Source of the DNA: an uncultured Marinoscillum sp.
Lineage (GTDB): Bacteria > Bacteroidota > Bacteroidia > Cytophagales > MED-G16
Assembly (NCBI GenBank): GCA_902626505.1
Contig: CACOFQ010000005.1
Location: forward strand, 3,401-67,400
Direction of reading: 5' to 3'
DNA length: 64,000 nucleotides
This document shows positions 37,947-48,932 of the stretch, one piece after another. Both the position numbers and the translations under genes were made by a program. The number at the start of each line of letters is the position of its first letter. The stretch's first letter is position 1. The notes below the pieces were generated by a model. That model was not told where the DNA came from. It did no database searches and worked only from the letters and a program-made list of their open reading frames with translations.

Positions 37947-38650
37947 AACATCAAACCTTCTAACCTTGACTTATTTTTTAAAGAATTTTGGTACTCTGGT
38001 GAATCTTTAAAATCTGAAATTATGGTTTCATAAGATTTGATTGCTGATTTTAAGTCTGATACTTCTTCATATACTAAAGCTAACTTTAATAGATAAGATG
38101 GTGTAAAAAACTGATTTGGGTTTTCTGAGGAAGCTTTTTCAAAATAATATATTGCATTTTCATAGTCTTCTAATTCAACATAGGCATCACCAATCAAAGA
38201 ATATGCTCTAGCCTGAACTAATAAATCTGAAGAAGAAAACTGATCAAGATAATTAATTGCATTTTGATAATTTCCAAGTTTAAGATAGGATGCGCCTGCA
38301 TAGAATCTAGATAAATTAGCAGCTTCAGAAAAGCTGTATTCATCAATTATCTCTAAAAAACCATAATTATTACCGTCACCATTTAATGCTTGAACAAGAC
38401 TATCTTTTTCAAAGTAATAAACAGCTTGAAACATTTCATTTTGAGCATTTTCATTCTGATTTGATTTTAAGTATGAAAAAACAGAAAAAGCTGCAATTGT
38501 AATAGTTATGATACCAAAGAAAAGTATTAGATAATTTTTATTTTTATTAATAAATTCCTCAGACTTATTTAAAGTTTCATTAACTACCTCTTGATTATCT
38601 AAGGGTAATATTTCTTCATTCTCTTTCTTAGGTTTTCTAATTTTCACCAT
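37943..38650 (-). CDS. Membrane-anchored TPR-repeat protein (YfgM-like)
   Basis: One TM helix, then TPR-like repeats (GNYQNAINYL, EDYENAIYYFEKA, SDLKSAIKSYE). Confidence 0.7.
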   Translation of the reverse strand: MVKIRKPKKENEEILPLDNQEVVNETLNKSEEFINKNKNYLILFFGIITITIAAFSVFSYLKSNQNENAQNEMFQAVYYFEKDSLVQALNGDGNNYGFLEIIDEYSFSEAANLSRFYAGASYLKLGNYQNAINYLDQFSSSDLLVQARAYSLIGDAYVELEDYENAIYYFEKASSENPNQFFTPSYLLKLALVYEEVSDLKSAIKSYETIISDFKDSPEYQNSLKNKSRLEGLML

Positions 38651-38656
38651 AATAAA

Positions 38657-39685
38657 TTATTCTCTTAAAAAAGGGTAATCTTTTTGAACATAAATATCAG
38701 TATAAGCTTCTTTAGCATCAGGATATGGGGAATTTTCTGAGAATTCAACAGACTTTTTTACCTGATCTTTTATTTGCTGATCAATAATTTCAATTTCCTC
38801 AGACTTAAGTAATTTTTTTGCTATAATCATATTCTTAACTTGTTCTATTGGATCTTGATCTTTATAGCTTTCTACCTCATCTTTAGATCTATATTTTGCT
38901 GGATCTGACATTGAATGCCCTTTATATCTATAAGTTCTAAATTCTAAAAGAGATGGGCCTTCTCCATCTCTAGCTCTTTTTGCTGCCTTTGCAACAGCTC
39001 TATGAACTTTTATAACATTCATAGCGTCTACAGGTTCTGATGGAATATTATAAGATAATCCTGATTTATATAATTCCGTTACATTAGATGTTCTATCGAC
39101 TGAAGTTCCCATTGCATACCCATTATTCTCAATAATAAAAATAACAGGTAATTTTAAATACATAGCAATATTAACAGCTTCATGAAATGCTCCAATTCTC
39201 AAAGCTCCATCACCAAAAAAAGTAAGACAAACATTACCTGTTTTTTTATATTTTTCAGAAAAAGCAATCCCTGCTCCCATTGGAATCTGATTACCTACAA
39301 TCCCATGGCCACCAAAAAAATGTTTTTCCTTATCAAACATATGCATAGAGCCCCCTTTTCCTTTGGAAATACCAGTAACTTTACCGAAAAGTTCTGCCAT
39401 TATTTTATCTGGATTTGTTCCCAATGCTAAAGGATGAGCATGGTCCCTGTATGCAGTTATATACTTGTCACCTTCTTTGAGAGCACTGACACACCCTGAA
39501 GCACAAGCTTCTTGACCAATATAAAGGTGGCAAAAACCTCTTATTTTTTGTTGACCATAAAGTCTTCCTGCCATTTCTTCGAATCGCCTCATTAAAAGCA
39601 TAGATTTTAACCAATATATATAAGTTGATGGGCTAAACTCCTCCTTAACTTTTGATTTATTTTTTTTTACTTTGGTTGCAGGCAT
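38657..39685 (-). CDS. pdhA: Pyruvate dehydrogenase E1 component, alpha subunit
   Basis: TPP-binding fold GDGALRIGAFHEAVNIA...PVIFIIENNGYAMGT. YRYKGHSMSDP phosphorylation-loop-like motif. Confidence 0.9.
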   Translation of the reverse strand: MPATKVKKNKSKVKEEFSPSTYIYWLKSMLLMRRFEEMAGRLYGQQKIRGFCHLYIGQEACASGCVSALKEGDKYITAYRDHAHPLALGTNPDKIMAELFGKVTGISKGKGGSMHMFDKEKHFFGGHGIVGNQIPMGAGIAFSEKYKKTGNVCLTFFGDGALRIGAFHEAVNIAMYLKLPVIFIIENNGYAMGTSVDRTSNVTELYKSGLSYNIPSEPVDAMNVIKVHRAVAKAAKRARDGEGPSLLEFRTYRYKGHSMSDPAKYRSKDEVESYKDQDPIEQVKNMIIAKKLLKSEEIEIIDQQIKDQVKKSVEFSENSPYPDAKEAYTDIYVQKDYPFLRE

Positions 39686-39768
39686 ATTTTATATTTATAT
39701 AACTTATACTACAATAAAAATTAATTTATTTACATAAAAATAAATTCTTATTTTTTGCACAAATATAT

Positions 39769-40860
39769 ATGCATATTCATAAAATAAAGATTAATAATTT
39801 TAAAAATTATATTTCTTCTGAAGTGAGTTTCTCAGAAAGAATTAATTTTTTATATGGTAAAAACGGGGCGGGTAAAACAAACTTACTGGATGCAATTCAC
39901 TTTATATCTTTTGGTAAAAGCGCAATAAATAAATTTGATATAGATAATGTGAATCATAAAAAAACTTTATTCACATTAGAAGGGTATTATTCAAATAATC
40001 ATATATATAAATGCACATATGAGAAGCCTAATTCAAAAAAAATTTATGAAAACAATACAAAATACGATAAAATTAAAAAACATATTGGTAAAATTCCCCT
40101 TGTTTTTCTTAATCCATATGATATTAATTTAATAAGGAATTATAGTGCCGAAAGAAGAAAATTTTTTGATCAATTTTTTTCACAGATTGATTATGAGTAT
40201 TTAGAAAAACTTTTAATATATAGGCGATTATTAAAACAAAGGAATACATATTTAAAAAGCGTTAAATCGATTGAAGATATAGACAAGTTACATATCAAAT
40301 CGTATGACGATAAATTAATCGAATTAAATAAATTCATAAATAAATTTAGAAAAAATGCTATACAAGAATTCAATGTGCTTTTTAGAAAATGCTCAAAAGA
40401 TCTAAATGTTGACGATCTAAATTATTCAATTAATTATTTATCAAATATTAACCAGGAAATGGATACGTCTATATTTGATGAAAGTCTTGAAAAAGATTTC
40501 TTTACAAAAAAAACTAGTATTGGAATTCATAATGATGACTATTTATTTAAAATGAATAATGTTTTGATAAAAAGAACAGGATCACAAGGTCAACAAAAAA
40601 CATTTATTATATCACTTAAACTAACTGAATATGGAATGTTAAAAAAGAAATTATCTAAAAGTCCAATCTTGATGTTAGATGATGTTTTTCATAAATTAGA
40701 TGATAAAAAAATAAAAATACTAATTGAATATTTATCTGATAAAAAATTTTCACAAGTTATAATATCAGATTCCATTAAAGAGAGATTATCATTAATCAGA
40801 AAAAATTTAAAAAAAATAAAAATTATTCAAATAGATAAAGGAGAAATTCATGAAGGATAA
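39769..40860 (+). CDS. recF: DNA replication and repair protein RecF
   Basis: Walker A GKNGAGKTNLLDA, signature GSQGQQKT, Walker B ILMLDDV. Confidence 0.9.
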   Translation: MHIHKIKINNFKNYISSEVSFSERINFLYGKNGAGKTNLLDAIHFISFGKSAINKFDIDNVNHKKTLFTLEGYYSNNHIYKCTYEKPNSKKIYENNTKYDKIKKHIGKIPLVFLNPYDINLIRNYSAERRKFFDQFFSQIDYEYLEKLLIYRRLLKQRNTYLKSVKSIEDIDKLHIKSYDDKLIELNKFINKFRKNAIQEFNVLFRKCSKDLNVDDLNYSINYLSNINQEMDTSIFDESLEKDFFTKKTSIGIHNDDYLFKMNNVLIKRTGSQGQQKTFIISLKLTEYGMLKKKLSKSPILMLDDVFHKLDDKKIKILIEYLSDKKFSQVIISDSIKERLSLIRKNLKKIKIIQIDKGEIHEG

Positions 40861-41143
40861 AAGAAAATCAAAAACTTTTTCAATAAATGATTTAACTAAA
40901 GAGTTTTACAATAAGGATAAATTTAAAAAAGAAATAATTAAAGTTGAAATAATTAAAACATGGAACAAAATCACCTCCCCTGAAATTCAAATTAGAACAA
41001 AAAAAATTTTATTGAAAGAAGATAAACTCTATATAAAAATTACATCTTCTCCACTAAGAAATGAGCTTACTAATCACAAAAATCATTTACTAAATAAAAT
41101 CCAAAAAAAACATCCCTCAGTTAAAGAAATATATTTTGTCTAA
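40850..41143 (+). CDS. DUF721-domain protein (commonly follows recF)
   Basis: Position directly after and overlapping recF. Size 97 aa. W..I....I...T....L....L.I...S......EL pattern. Confidence 0.65.
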   Translation: MKDKRKSKTFSINDLTKEFYNKDKFKKEIIKVEIIKTWNKITSPEIQIRTKKILLKEDKLYIKITSSPLRNELTNHKNHLLNKIQKKHPSVKEIYFV

Positions 41144-41709
41144 TTTTCTAGAAGAATCTTATTCTGGAAAATCAAAAGTATAGCAACACCAATAAAAATA
41201 TATGAATCGGCTAGATTAAAAACTGGCCATAACGATAAATAAGATCCTCCTATTATAGGTATCCAATCTGACAAATACCCCTCCCAAATATCTATGTAGA
41301 ACATATCTATAACTTGCCCATTAAATAAAGCAAATGGTGCATTTAAGGGGGCATTATCATAAATTAAACCATAAAAAACACTGTCAATAACATTCCCAAT
41401 AGCACCTGATAAGATTAATGATATACATATTAATAATGTTGAATCTGACTTCTTATTAAGTAGTCCTAATAAATAATATCCAATAACAAATGAGGCAACT
41501 AATCGAAAAATTGAAAGAAGTAGTTTAGTATATTTAAAGTCGAAATTTATACCAAAAGCCATTCCAGGATTTTCAATATGATATAGCTTAATGAAATCTC
41601 CAATAATTGAAATTTCTGAGTGAAGTGGCATATTTGCATGAACAATATATTTTACAAATTGATCGAAAAATATTAAGCTAATAATTAATATAAAATATCT
41701 TGATTTCAT
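41140..41709 (-). CDS. lspA: Lipoprotein signal peptidase (signal peptidase II)
   Basis: DQFVK, NPGMAFG, GAIGNVIDS, FNLADS motifs. Downstream of ileS, the classic arrangement. Confidence 0.9.
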   Translation of the reverse strand: MKSRYFILIISLIFFDQFVKYIVHANMPLHSEISIIGDFIKLYHIENPGMAFGINFDFKYTKLLLSIFRLVASFVIGYYLLGLLNKKSDSTLLICISLILSGAIGNVIDSVFYGLIYDNAPLNAPFALFNGQVIDMFYIDIWEGYLSDWIPIIGGSYLSLWPVFNLADSYIFIGVAILLIFQNKILLEN

Positions 41710-41711
41710 TA

Positions 41712-44700
41712 CTATTTAATCTCTTTAATTTTAAACTTAATCTCAGTTAAATCAACCTTAGATGAGGCAACATCAATATCCATAAGTTTTGAATTAACAA
41801 TATTATCTTCAACAAAAAGATCAAGAGCTTGTGTCTCATTACAGATAAACTCTTTATGCTTTAATAAAAATGTAATAATTTCTTGTGATTTATTATCAAT
41901 ATAAATTTCAATTTTATCTGTAACCTCAAGTTTTATGTCTTTTCTTTCATTTTGAATCTTATTAATAAACTCTCTTGATACACCCTCTGCAAGCAAATCA
42001 TTATTAATAGATATATCTAATGCAATTGTAAATGTATCATTGCTAGCAACTTGCCTACCCTCTATCTGACCAAATAAAATTTCTACTTGATTAAGTAATA
42101 AATCTAATTCTAAACCACCATCCAAACCTAAATTAATTGATTCCTCTTTCTCCAATTGATTAATTTCATCTTGTGTCATTAAAGATATTCTATCTGCCAC
42201 TATTTTCATGTTCTTTCCATGAATCGAACCTAACTCCTTATAATTAGGTTTAATTTTTTTTATAAAAACTTTAGAGCTATCATGTATATATTCAATTTCT
42301 TTTACATTAATTTCAGATAAAATAATTTTTTCAACATCTTTTATATCATTTTCCATATCTAACGACTTCATAGGTATTGAAATCTTTGATAAAGGTTGCC
42401 TAACTCTTATTTTTTCTTTCTTTCTAATAGAGTGAACTAAAGAGGAAATACTTTGAGCATATAACATTTTTCTTTCTAAAACTTCTGAAATTCTTTCATT
42501 ATCTACTTTTGGAAACTCTAAGAGATGAACTGATTCAGAGTTTGAAATATTAAATTCATTTAAGTTTTTAAATAATTTTTCAGAGTAAAATGGTATAAAA
42601 GGAGATGAAATTATAGAGATTTTATATAAACATTCCAATAAGGTCTGATATGCCATAAGTTTATCTTCAGTTAAATCACCCTTCCAAAATCTTTTTCTAT
42701 TTAATCTAATATACCAATTACTTAAATCATCATTTATAAACTTATTTATCTGTCTTGATGATTTTGTTGGATCATAATTGTCAAGTTTATCCTCAACAAA
42801 CTTTATAAGAGAATTCAACTTACTTATAATCCACTTATCTTCATAACTTCTTTTTTCATATGAAATCAATTTTTCATTACCGGTAAATCCATCAATATTT
42901 GCATAAAGAGCAAAGAAATTATAGGTGTTGTTTAGTGTACCAAAAAACTTTCGAAGTATTTCAGATATGCCATCAATATCAAACTTTAAATTATCCCACG
43001 GATTAGAATTAATTACCATATATAATCTTGTAGCATCAGGACCAAATTTTTTAATTACCTCAAAAGGGTCTATTGCATTCCCTAATCGTTTAGACATCTT
43101 ATTTCCATCTTTATCTAACACTAACCCATTAGATATCACATTTTCATAACTTACCTTTCCAAATAACATTATTGAAATTGCATGTAGAGTAAAAAACCAC
43201 CCTCGTGTTTGGTCTACACCCTCAGCAATAAACTTAGCTGGAAACATTTTATTAAAAACATCTTTATTCTCAAATGGATAATGATATTGAGCAAATGGCA
43301 TCGAACCTGAATCATACCATACATCAATTATGTCTGTTTCTCTATACATTGGTGACCCTTCTTTAGATGCTAAAATAATTTCATCAACGAAAGGTCTATG
43401 CAAATCAATATTATCAGAAATATTATTTTTCATAAATCCTAAATCAACTGACTTTTTAATTTCTGATTTCAATTCATTAATACTCCCTATACAGATTTCA
43501 TCATTACCATCTTTGGTCCTCCATATAGGAAGTGGTGTTCCCCAAAACCTAGATCTACTCAAATTCCAATCAACAAGATTTTCTAGCCAGTTACCAAAAC
43601 GACCTGTACCTGTAGACTCAGGCTGCCAATTAATGTCCTTGTTTTTATTAATAAAATCATCTTTAAGTTTAGTGGAATTTATAAACCAAGATTCTAGAGG
43701 ATAATATAATATAGGCTTATCTGTTCTCCAGCAGTGAGGATAACTGTGTTCATACTTTTTAACATCAAAAGCTTTATTTTCTTTTTTAAGTTTAATTGAA
43801 ATTTGTTCGTCTGTTGTTAATCCCTCTACATCTGAAAATGCTTTGACCTGTTGACCCGCAAAATCTATAATTTCTTTTACAAATTTACCTGATTTATCAA
43901 CTATTGGTACATCCTCATTTTTATCATTTTTCACAAAAATCCCAGGTAAATTATTTTTCTTAGAAACATAGAAATCATCAGAACCAAAAGTTAAACTTAT
44001 ATGAACTATTCCTGTTCCCTCGTCGGTAGTAACAAAATCACCTGAAACAACTGTAAAGGCTGGTTTTTCTGCTTTAACATAAGGTAATAACTGATCATAA
44101 TCAAAGCCAATAAGATCCTTACCTTTAAATGTTTTTAAAATTTTATAGGGCAAGTTTTGTTTATCAAAAATTAATTCTTCAGAAGTTTTTAAATTATTAG
44201 AATCAAAAAATTTTTCTATACATTTTTCTGCAATAATTACATTAATTTTTGATTCAGTGTACTTATTAAAAGTTTCAATTAAATTATACTGAATTTTTTC
44301 ACCTACTGCTAAGCCGTTATTAGCTGGCAAAGTCCAAGGAGTTGTTGTCCATGCCAAGAAATAACAATCTTTATCTCCAATTATGTCCTGAGAATTTTTA
44401 TTTTTTTGTATCTTAAACTGTGCTGTTAAAGATGTGTCCTTAATATTTTTATAAGCACCTGGCATATTAAGTTCATGAGAACTTAAACCAGTTCCTGCTG
44501 CAGGAGAATATGGTTGAATAGTGTACCCTTTATATAAAAGTCCTTTTTTATACAGCTCTTTTAATGACCACCATATTGATTCGATATAATTATTTTTAAA
44601 AGTTATATATGCATCATCTATATCTAACCAATAACCAATACTTTCTGTAAGTTCTTCCCAAGCCTCTTTAAATTGCATGACCGCAACTTTACATTCTTCA

Positions 44701-45059
44701 TTATATTTTTCAACAGAAATTTTATTTCCTATATCATCTTTAGTTATACCTAAATTTTTTTCAACCTGAAGTTCAACTGGCAAACCATGTGTGTCCCAAC
44801 CACCTTTTCTATAAACTCTATAACCTTTAAGTGTTTTATATCGACAAAAAATATCTTTTATAGTTCTGGCCATGACATGGTGAATTCCTGGCATACCATT
44901 TGCTGAGGGTGGTCCCTCGTAAAAAGGAAAAATTTTATCTTCTGATCTACTGCTAATTGACTTCTCAAAAATATTATTTGAGTTCCAATAAGAAATAATT
45001 TCCTTACTTACCTTATAATAATCAATTGAAGATTGTTCATTAAACTTTCCTGTTCCCAT
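41712..45059 (-). CDS. ileS: Isoleucyl-tRNA synthetase (long, type 2-like form)
   Basis: PSANGMPGIHHVMAR (HIGH region), GNKMSKRLGN (KMSKS), editing-domain WTTTPWTLP. 1115 aa. Confidence 0.97.
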   Translation of the reverse strand: MGTGKFNEQSSIDYYKVSKEIISYWNSNNIFEKSISSRSEDKIFPFYEGPPSANGMPGIHHVMARTIKDIFCRYKTLKGYRVYRKGGWDTHGLPVELQVEKNLGITKDDIGNKISVEKYNEECKVAVMQFKEAWEELTESIGYWLDIDDAYITFKNNYIESIWWSLKELYKKGLLYKGYTIQPYSPAAGTGLSSHELNMPGAYKNIKDTSLTAQFKIQKNKNSQDIIGDKDCYFLAWTTTPWTLPANNGLAVGEKIQYNLIETFNKYTESKINVIIAEKCIEKFFDSNNLKTSEELIFDKQNLPYKILKTFKGKDLIGFDYDQLLPYVKAEKPAFTVVSGDFVTTDEGTGIVHISLTFGSDDFYVSKKNNLPGIFVKNDKNEDVPIVDKSGKFVKEIIDFAGQQVKAFSDVEGLTTDEQISIKLKKENKAFDVKKYEHSYPHCWRTDKPILYYPLESWFINSTKLKDDFINKNKDINWQPESTGTGRFGNWLENLVDWNLSRSRFWGTPLPIWRTKDGNDEICIGSINELKSEIKKSVDLGFMKNNISDNIDLHRPFVDEIILASKEGSPMYRETDIIDVWYDSGSMPFAQYHYPFENKDVFNKMFPAKFIAEGVDQTRGWFFTLHAISIMLFGKVSYENVISNGLVLDKDGNKMSKRLGNAIDPFEVIKKFGPDATRLYMVINSNPWDNLKFDIDGISEILRKFFGTLNNTYNFFALYANIDGFTGNEKLISYEKRSYEDKWIISKLNSLIKFVEDKLDNYDPTKSSRQINKFINDDLSNWYIRLNRKRFWKGDLTEDKLMAYQTLLECLYKISIISSPFIPFYSEKLFKNLNEFNISNSESVHLLEFPKVDNERISEVLERKMLYAQSISSLVHSIRKKEKIRVRQPLSKISIPMKSLDMENDIKDVEKIILSEINVKEIEYIHDSSKVFIKKIKPNYKELGSIHGKNMKIVADRISLMTQDEINQLEKEESINLGLDGGLELDLLLNQVEILFGQIEGRQVASNDTFTIALDISINNDLLAEGVSREFINKIQNERKDIKLEVTDKIEIYIDNKSQEIITFLLKHKEFICNETQALDLFVEDNIVNSKLMDIDVASSKVDLTEIKFKIKEIK

Positions 45060-45064
45060 CTATC

Positions 45065-47365
45065 TTACTTTTTATAGAAATATAAAATTATACTTGGCAA
45101 TAAAGTTAAATTGGTAATCATAGCCACAAATAAAATTATTGATGTTAGGACTCCTAACACAATTGTCCCCCCAAAATTAGAAAATGCAAATATTATAAAT
45201 CCAAAAAAGAGGATAAATGATGTAAAAATCATTGATCTACCAGTTTGGTTTATGGTGTTAATAATAGAATCTTCTAAACTTTTGCTTAGAAGTTCATTTT
45301 TAAATTTTGCAAGAAAATGAATAGAATAGTCTACCGATATACCAAAAACAATGCTAAAAACTAATGCTGAACTAGGTTTCAGGGGAATATTAAAATATCC
45401 CATAATTCCTCCTGCTATAATCAGAGGTATAATATTTGGAATTAAAGAGATTAACACCATTTTAAAATTCTTGAATAACAGAGACATAATTATACTTATA
45501 ATAAAGAATGCTAATAACATACTTTGTAATAGATTTTCAACTAAAAAATTAATTCCCTTTATAAAGATTAATGTGGTTCCCGTCATGGCAACCTCAGCTT
45601 TTGAATTTGAAAATATTTTTTCAATCTCAGGTCTAATAACATTTTTTACTACAGAATCTAACTTTAGAGAACCTAAATCCGCTACATTTAATGAAATTCT
45701 CATTTTCTGACCTATCGAATCCACAAATGATTTAGATAAATTATCATTAGATACATTATTTTCATAACCGTCTGAAATATATCGGAAAATAAAATTTTTA
45801 TCTCTATTATTTGGAAGGGTATAGAATGAAGGATTATTATTATAATAAGCTTGTCTTGATGCTTTAATAAAAGTAACTAATGATACTGGAGAGGAAACAT
45901 AATCCTTTTGTTCTAAAAATTGCTCTAGTCTATCAACTCTTTTAAGTAAGTTCAGGTTTTGAATTCCTTTCTTCATTTTAGTATCAACTACTATTTCAAG
46001 AGGCATTACGCCTGAAAAATTTAATTCGAAAAACTTTAAATCTTTCATTAAAGAACTCTCCGCAGGTACATCATCTACTAAGAATGAAACTGATTTTATT
46101 TTTGATAATCCATAAAAAGAAACAATCAGGATAATAGTAGATACTACAAAAACCCTTTTCTTGTGTGAAAAAGAAATTTCACGAAAAGTATTAATTAAAT
46201 AATTTATAAACCCATAGTTTAAATAATTAACCTGATTACTTTTAGGTTTCGGCAAAGCCAAGTAAATAGATGGCAATAAAAAAATACTAACAAAGAAAGT
46301 AGCCAAAACATTAATACCCGCTACAATTCCAAATTCAGTTAATATTTTTATGTCTGTTGTGGAAAGAACAAAAAAACCTACAGCCGTCGTTAAGTTAGTA
46401 ATTAGAGTTATTAACCCTATCGTCTTTATCACATATACTATCGCCTTTTTTTTATCTTTTAATTTTTCAATTGAAAAATGATAGTAGTTTAACATATAAA
46501 TACAATTTGGAATTCCAATAACAACAATTATTGGAGGGAGTAACCCTGTTAATAAAGTAATTTTAAAACCAAATAATGCTAATGTCCCAAAAACCCATGT
46601 GACAACTATTCCAATAATAATTAACGGAACAAAAACTGTATCAATCGATCTAAAGAAGATAAATAAAATTATTCCCAATACTATGACAGATACAATCAAT
46701 AACATTGTGAGCTCCTTTTTTACACTCTCAGCAAGAATATATCTTGAATAAGGAAGTCCGGCATAATGGAGCTTAATTCCAGATTCTGAACTAAATTTTT
46801 CACTTGTAGAAATTAAATCATCCATTAATTTATTTCTACTTTCAGAGTTTAAAACATTTTTATCAATTGTAACTAGTAAAGTGAGAGCGCCATCATCATT
46901 AAGTATTTTTCCTTCATAAAATTTTTCGTTTTTTATCTGGATTAACAGACTGTCATATTCATCTTGAGAGTTCGGAAAAGGATCAAATATATTTATGAAA
47001 TTAAAATTTTTCTTTTCATTATTTTTTTTAAGAGCTTGTAATCTTGGTAATCCTAAAGCACCTTTTACTCCGTATATACCTTCAATCTTACCAACATAAT
47101 CGCTGTATAACTTAAACTGTTCAATATTAAAAATTGATGAGTCTTTCAAACCTATAGCAAATACATTCCCATCCTCTCCAAACGTGTTTTTGAATGAATT
47201 ATAGTACATCATTTCTTCATCAGTATCTGGTACTGTCTGAGAAAAGTCATAGTTATATTTTACATCTAAGCCTTTATATCCCATAAAGGCCGTGTAAATC
47301 AGAATTAAAAAAATGAAAAGCTTTCTGTTATTTAAAACAAAGTGTGAGAATTTTTCTGCCATCAA
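45065..47365 (-). CDS. MMPL/RND-superfamily membrane transporter
   Basis: Two blocks of six TM helices, each preceded by a large loop. 766 aa. 4-nt overlap with glyQS. Confidence 0.8.
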   Translation of the reverse strand: MMAEKFSHFVLNNRKLFIFLILIYTAFMGYKGLDVKYNYDFSQTVPDTDEEMMYYNSFKNTFGEDGNVFAIGLKDSSIFNIEQFKLYSDYVGKIEGIYGVKGALGLPRLQALKKNNEKKNFNFINIFDPFPNSQDEYDSLLIQIKNEKFYEGKILNDDGALTLLVTIDKNVLNSESRNKLMDDLISTSEKFSSESGIKLHYAGLPYSRYILAESVKKELTMLLIVSVIVLGIILFIFFRSIDTVFVPLIIIGIVVTWVFGTLALFGFKITLLTGLLPPIIVVIGIPNCIYMLNYYHFSIEKLKDKKKAIVYVIKTIGLITLITNLTTAVGFFVLSTTDIKILTEFGIVAGINVLATFFVSIFLLPSIYLALPKPKSNQVNYLNYGFINYLINTFREISFSHKKRVFVVSTIILIVSFYGLSKIKSVSFLVDDVPAESSLMKDLKFFELNFSGVMPLEIVVDTKMKKGIQNLNLLKRVDRLEQFLEQKDYVSSPVSLVTFIKASRQAYYNNNPSFYTLPNNRDKNFIFRYISDGYENNVSNDNLSKSFVDSIGQKMRISLNVADLGSLKLDSVVKNVIRPEIEKIFSNSKAEVAMTGTTLIFIKGINFLVENLLQSMLLAFFIISIIMSLLFKNFKMVLISLIPNIIPLIIAGGIMGYFNIPLKPSSALVFSIVFGISVDYSIHFLAKFKNELLSKSLEDSIINTINQTGRSMIFTSFILFFGFIIFAFSNFGGTIVLGVLTSIILFVAMITNLTLLPSIILYFYKK

Positions 47366-48900
47366 ATTTTCCTTAATAAATTATTTATAGAAGTGAATTT
47401 AGTGATATGATTTTCTAAATTTTTAATAGGAATTCTTTCTTGTTTCATTGAATCTCTATTTCTAATTGTAACTGAATCGTCTTTTAAAGAATCATAATCA
47501 ACAGTAACACAAAAAGGAGTTCCAATAGAATCTTGCCTTCTATATCTCTTACCTATAGAATCTTTATAATCATATTGAGTGTTAAAATTTAATTTTAAAT
47601 CATCATATATTTTAATAGCTTTTTCTGAGAGTCCATCTTTATCATTCAAAGGCATAACTGCAACTTTTATCGGTGATATCTCAAAAGGTAGCTTTAAAAC
47701 TATTCTTTCAGATCCTTCATCTAACTTTTCAGTTTTAAGTGCTGATGACATTACAGATAAAAACAACCTATCTAAACCTATTGAAGTTTCAACTACATAT
47801 GGAATGTAACTCGAACCAGATTTTTGATCAAAATAATTTAATTTTTTACCAGAATATTTTTGATGATTTTTTAAGTCAAAGTCTGTTCTCGAATGTATAC
47901 CCTCAAGCTCTTTAAATCCCATAGGAAAATTAAATTCAATATCACATGCAGCATTTGCATAATGTGCTAAATTTTCATGATCATGAAATTTATAAGAATC
48001 TTTTCCCAAACCTAAAGCGATATGCCAATTCATCCTTTTCTCTTTCCATTTTTCATACCATTCCATCTCTGACCCTGGCTCAACAAAAAATTGCATTTCC
48101 ATTTGCTCAAACTCTCTCATTCTAAAAATAAATTGCCTAGCAATAATTTCATTTCTAAATGCTTTTCCTATCTGAGCTATTCCAAAAGGTATTTTGACTC
48201 TAGTTGAATTTACAACATTTAAAAAATTAAGAAATATTCCTTGGGCTGTTTCAGGTCTTAAATATATTTTTTTTGAAGAGTCTGATGAGGCTCCTATTTC
48301 CGTAGAGAACATTAAATTAAATTGCTTTACATCCGTCCAATTAGAAGTGCCTGATATAGGGTCATTAATATTTAAAGAATCAATTAAATTTTTTAAACCT
48401 TGTAAATCATTTGACTTGAGACATGAATTCATTTTAGATGAAACTTCATCAATATGGTTAGAATATTTTAATACTCTTTCATTGGTTTCTCTAAAAACTT
48501 TCTCATCAAATTTGTCTCCAAATCTCTTTCTCGCTTTTTTAACTTCCTTCTCTACTTTAGAACTTATCTTAAAAATGTAGTCCTCAATTAATACATCTGC
48601 CCTATATCGTTTCTTTGAATCTTTATTATCAATTAATGGATCGTTAAATGCATCGATATGACCAGAAGCTTTCCATGTCATAGGATCCATAAAGACTGAG
48701 GAGTCAATTCCTACTATATTATCATTCATTTGAGTCATGGATTTCCACCAAAATTCCTTCAAATTATTTTTAAGTTCTGATCCATATGGGCCATAATCAT
48801 ACACTGCACTTAGACCATCATAGATTTCACTTGATTGATAAATAAAACCATTTGCCTTTGAGTAAGAAATAACTTTCTTTAGTATATCGTTGTTATCCAT
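47362..48900 (-). CDS. glyQS: Glycyl-tRNA synthetase (alpha2 homodimeric type)
   Basis: YLRPETAQGIF, FRNEI.AR.FIFRMREFEQME (class II motifs), C-terminal anticodon-binding domain. Confidence 0.95.
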   Translation of the reverse strand: MDNNDILKKVISYSKANGFIYQSSEIYDGLSAVYDYGPYGSELKNNLKEFWWKSMTQMNDNIVGIDSSVFMDPMTWKASGHIDAFNDPLIDNKDSKKRYRADVLIEDYIFKISSKVEKEVKKARKRFGDKFDEKVFRETNERVLKYSNHIDEVSSKMNSCLKSNDLQGLKNLIDSLNINDPISGTSNWTDVKQFNLMFSTEIGASSDSSKKIYLRPETAQGIFLNFLNVVNSTRVKIPFGIAQIGKAFRNEIIARQFIFRMREFEQMEMQFFVEPGSEMEWYEKWKEKRMNWHIALGLGKDSYKFHDHENLAHYANAACDIEFNFPMGFKELEGIHSRTDFDLKNHQKYSGKKLNYFDQKSGSSYIPYVVETSIGLDRLFLSVMSSALKTEKLDEGSERIVLKLPFEISPIKVAVMPLNDKDGLSEKAIKIYDDLKLNFNTQYDYKDSIGKRYRRQDSIGTPFCVTVDYDSLKDDSVTIRNRDSMKQERIPIKNLENHITKFTSINNLLRKI

Positions 48901-48932
48901 TCGACAAATATAACTTTACAATCTTTTTAAAA

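Noticed and set aside
42925-43704. Two plus-strand ORFs (74 and 124 aa)
   Set aside because: Both are antisense within ileS. They are low-complexity Ser/Leu-rich translations.
45111-45710. Two plus-strand ORFs (69 and 119 aa)
   Set aside because: Both are antisense within the MMPL/RND transporter gene, which is continuous and has a consistent 12-TM architecture.
47579-48580. Two plus-strand ORFs (76 and 128 aa)
   Set aside because: Both are antisense within glyQS, which carries unambiguous class II synthetase motifs.
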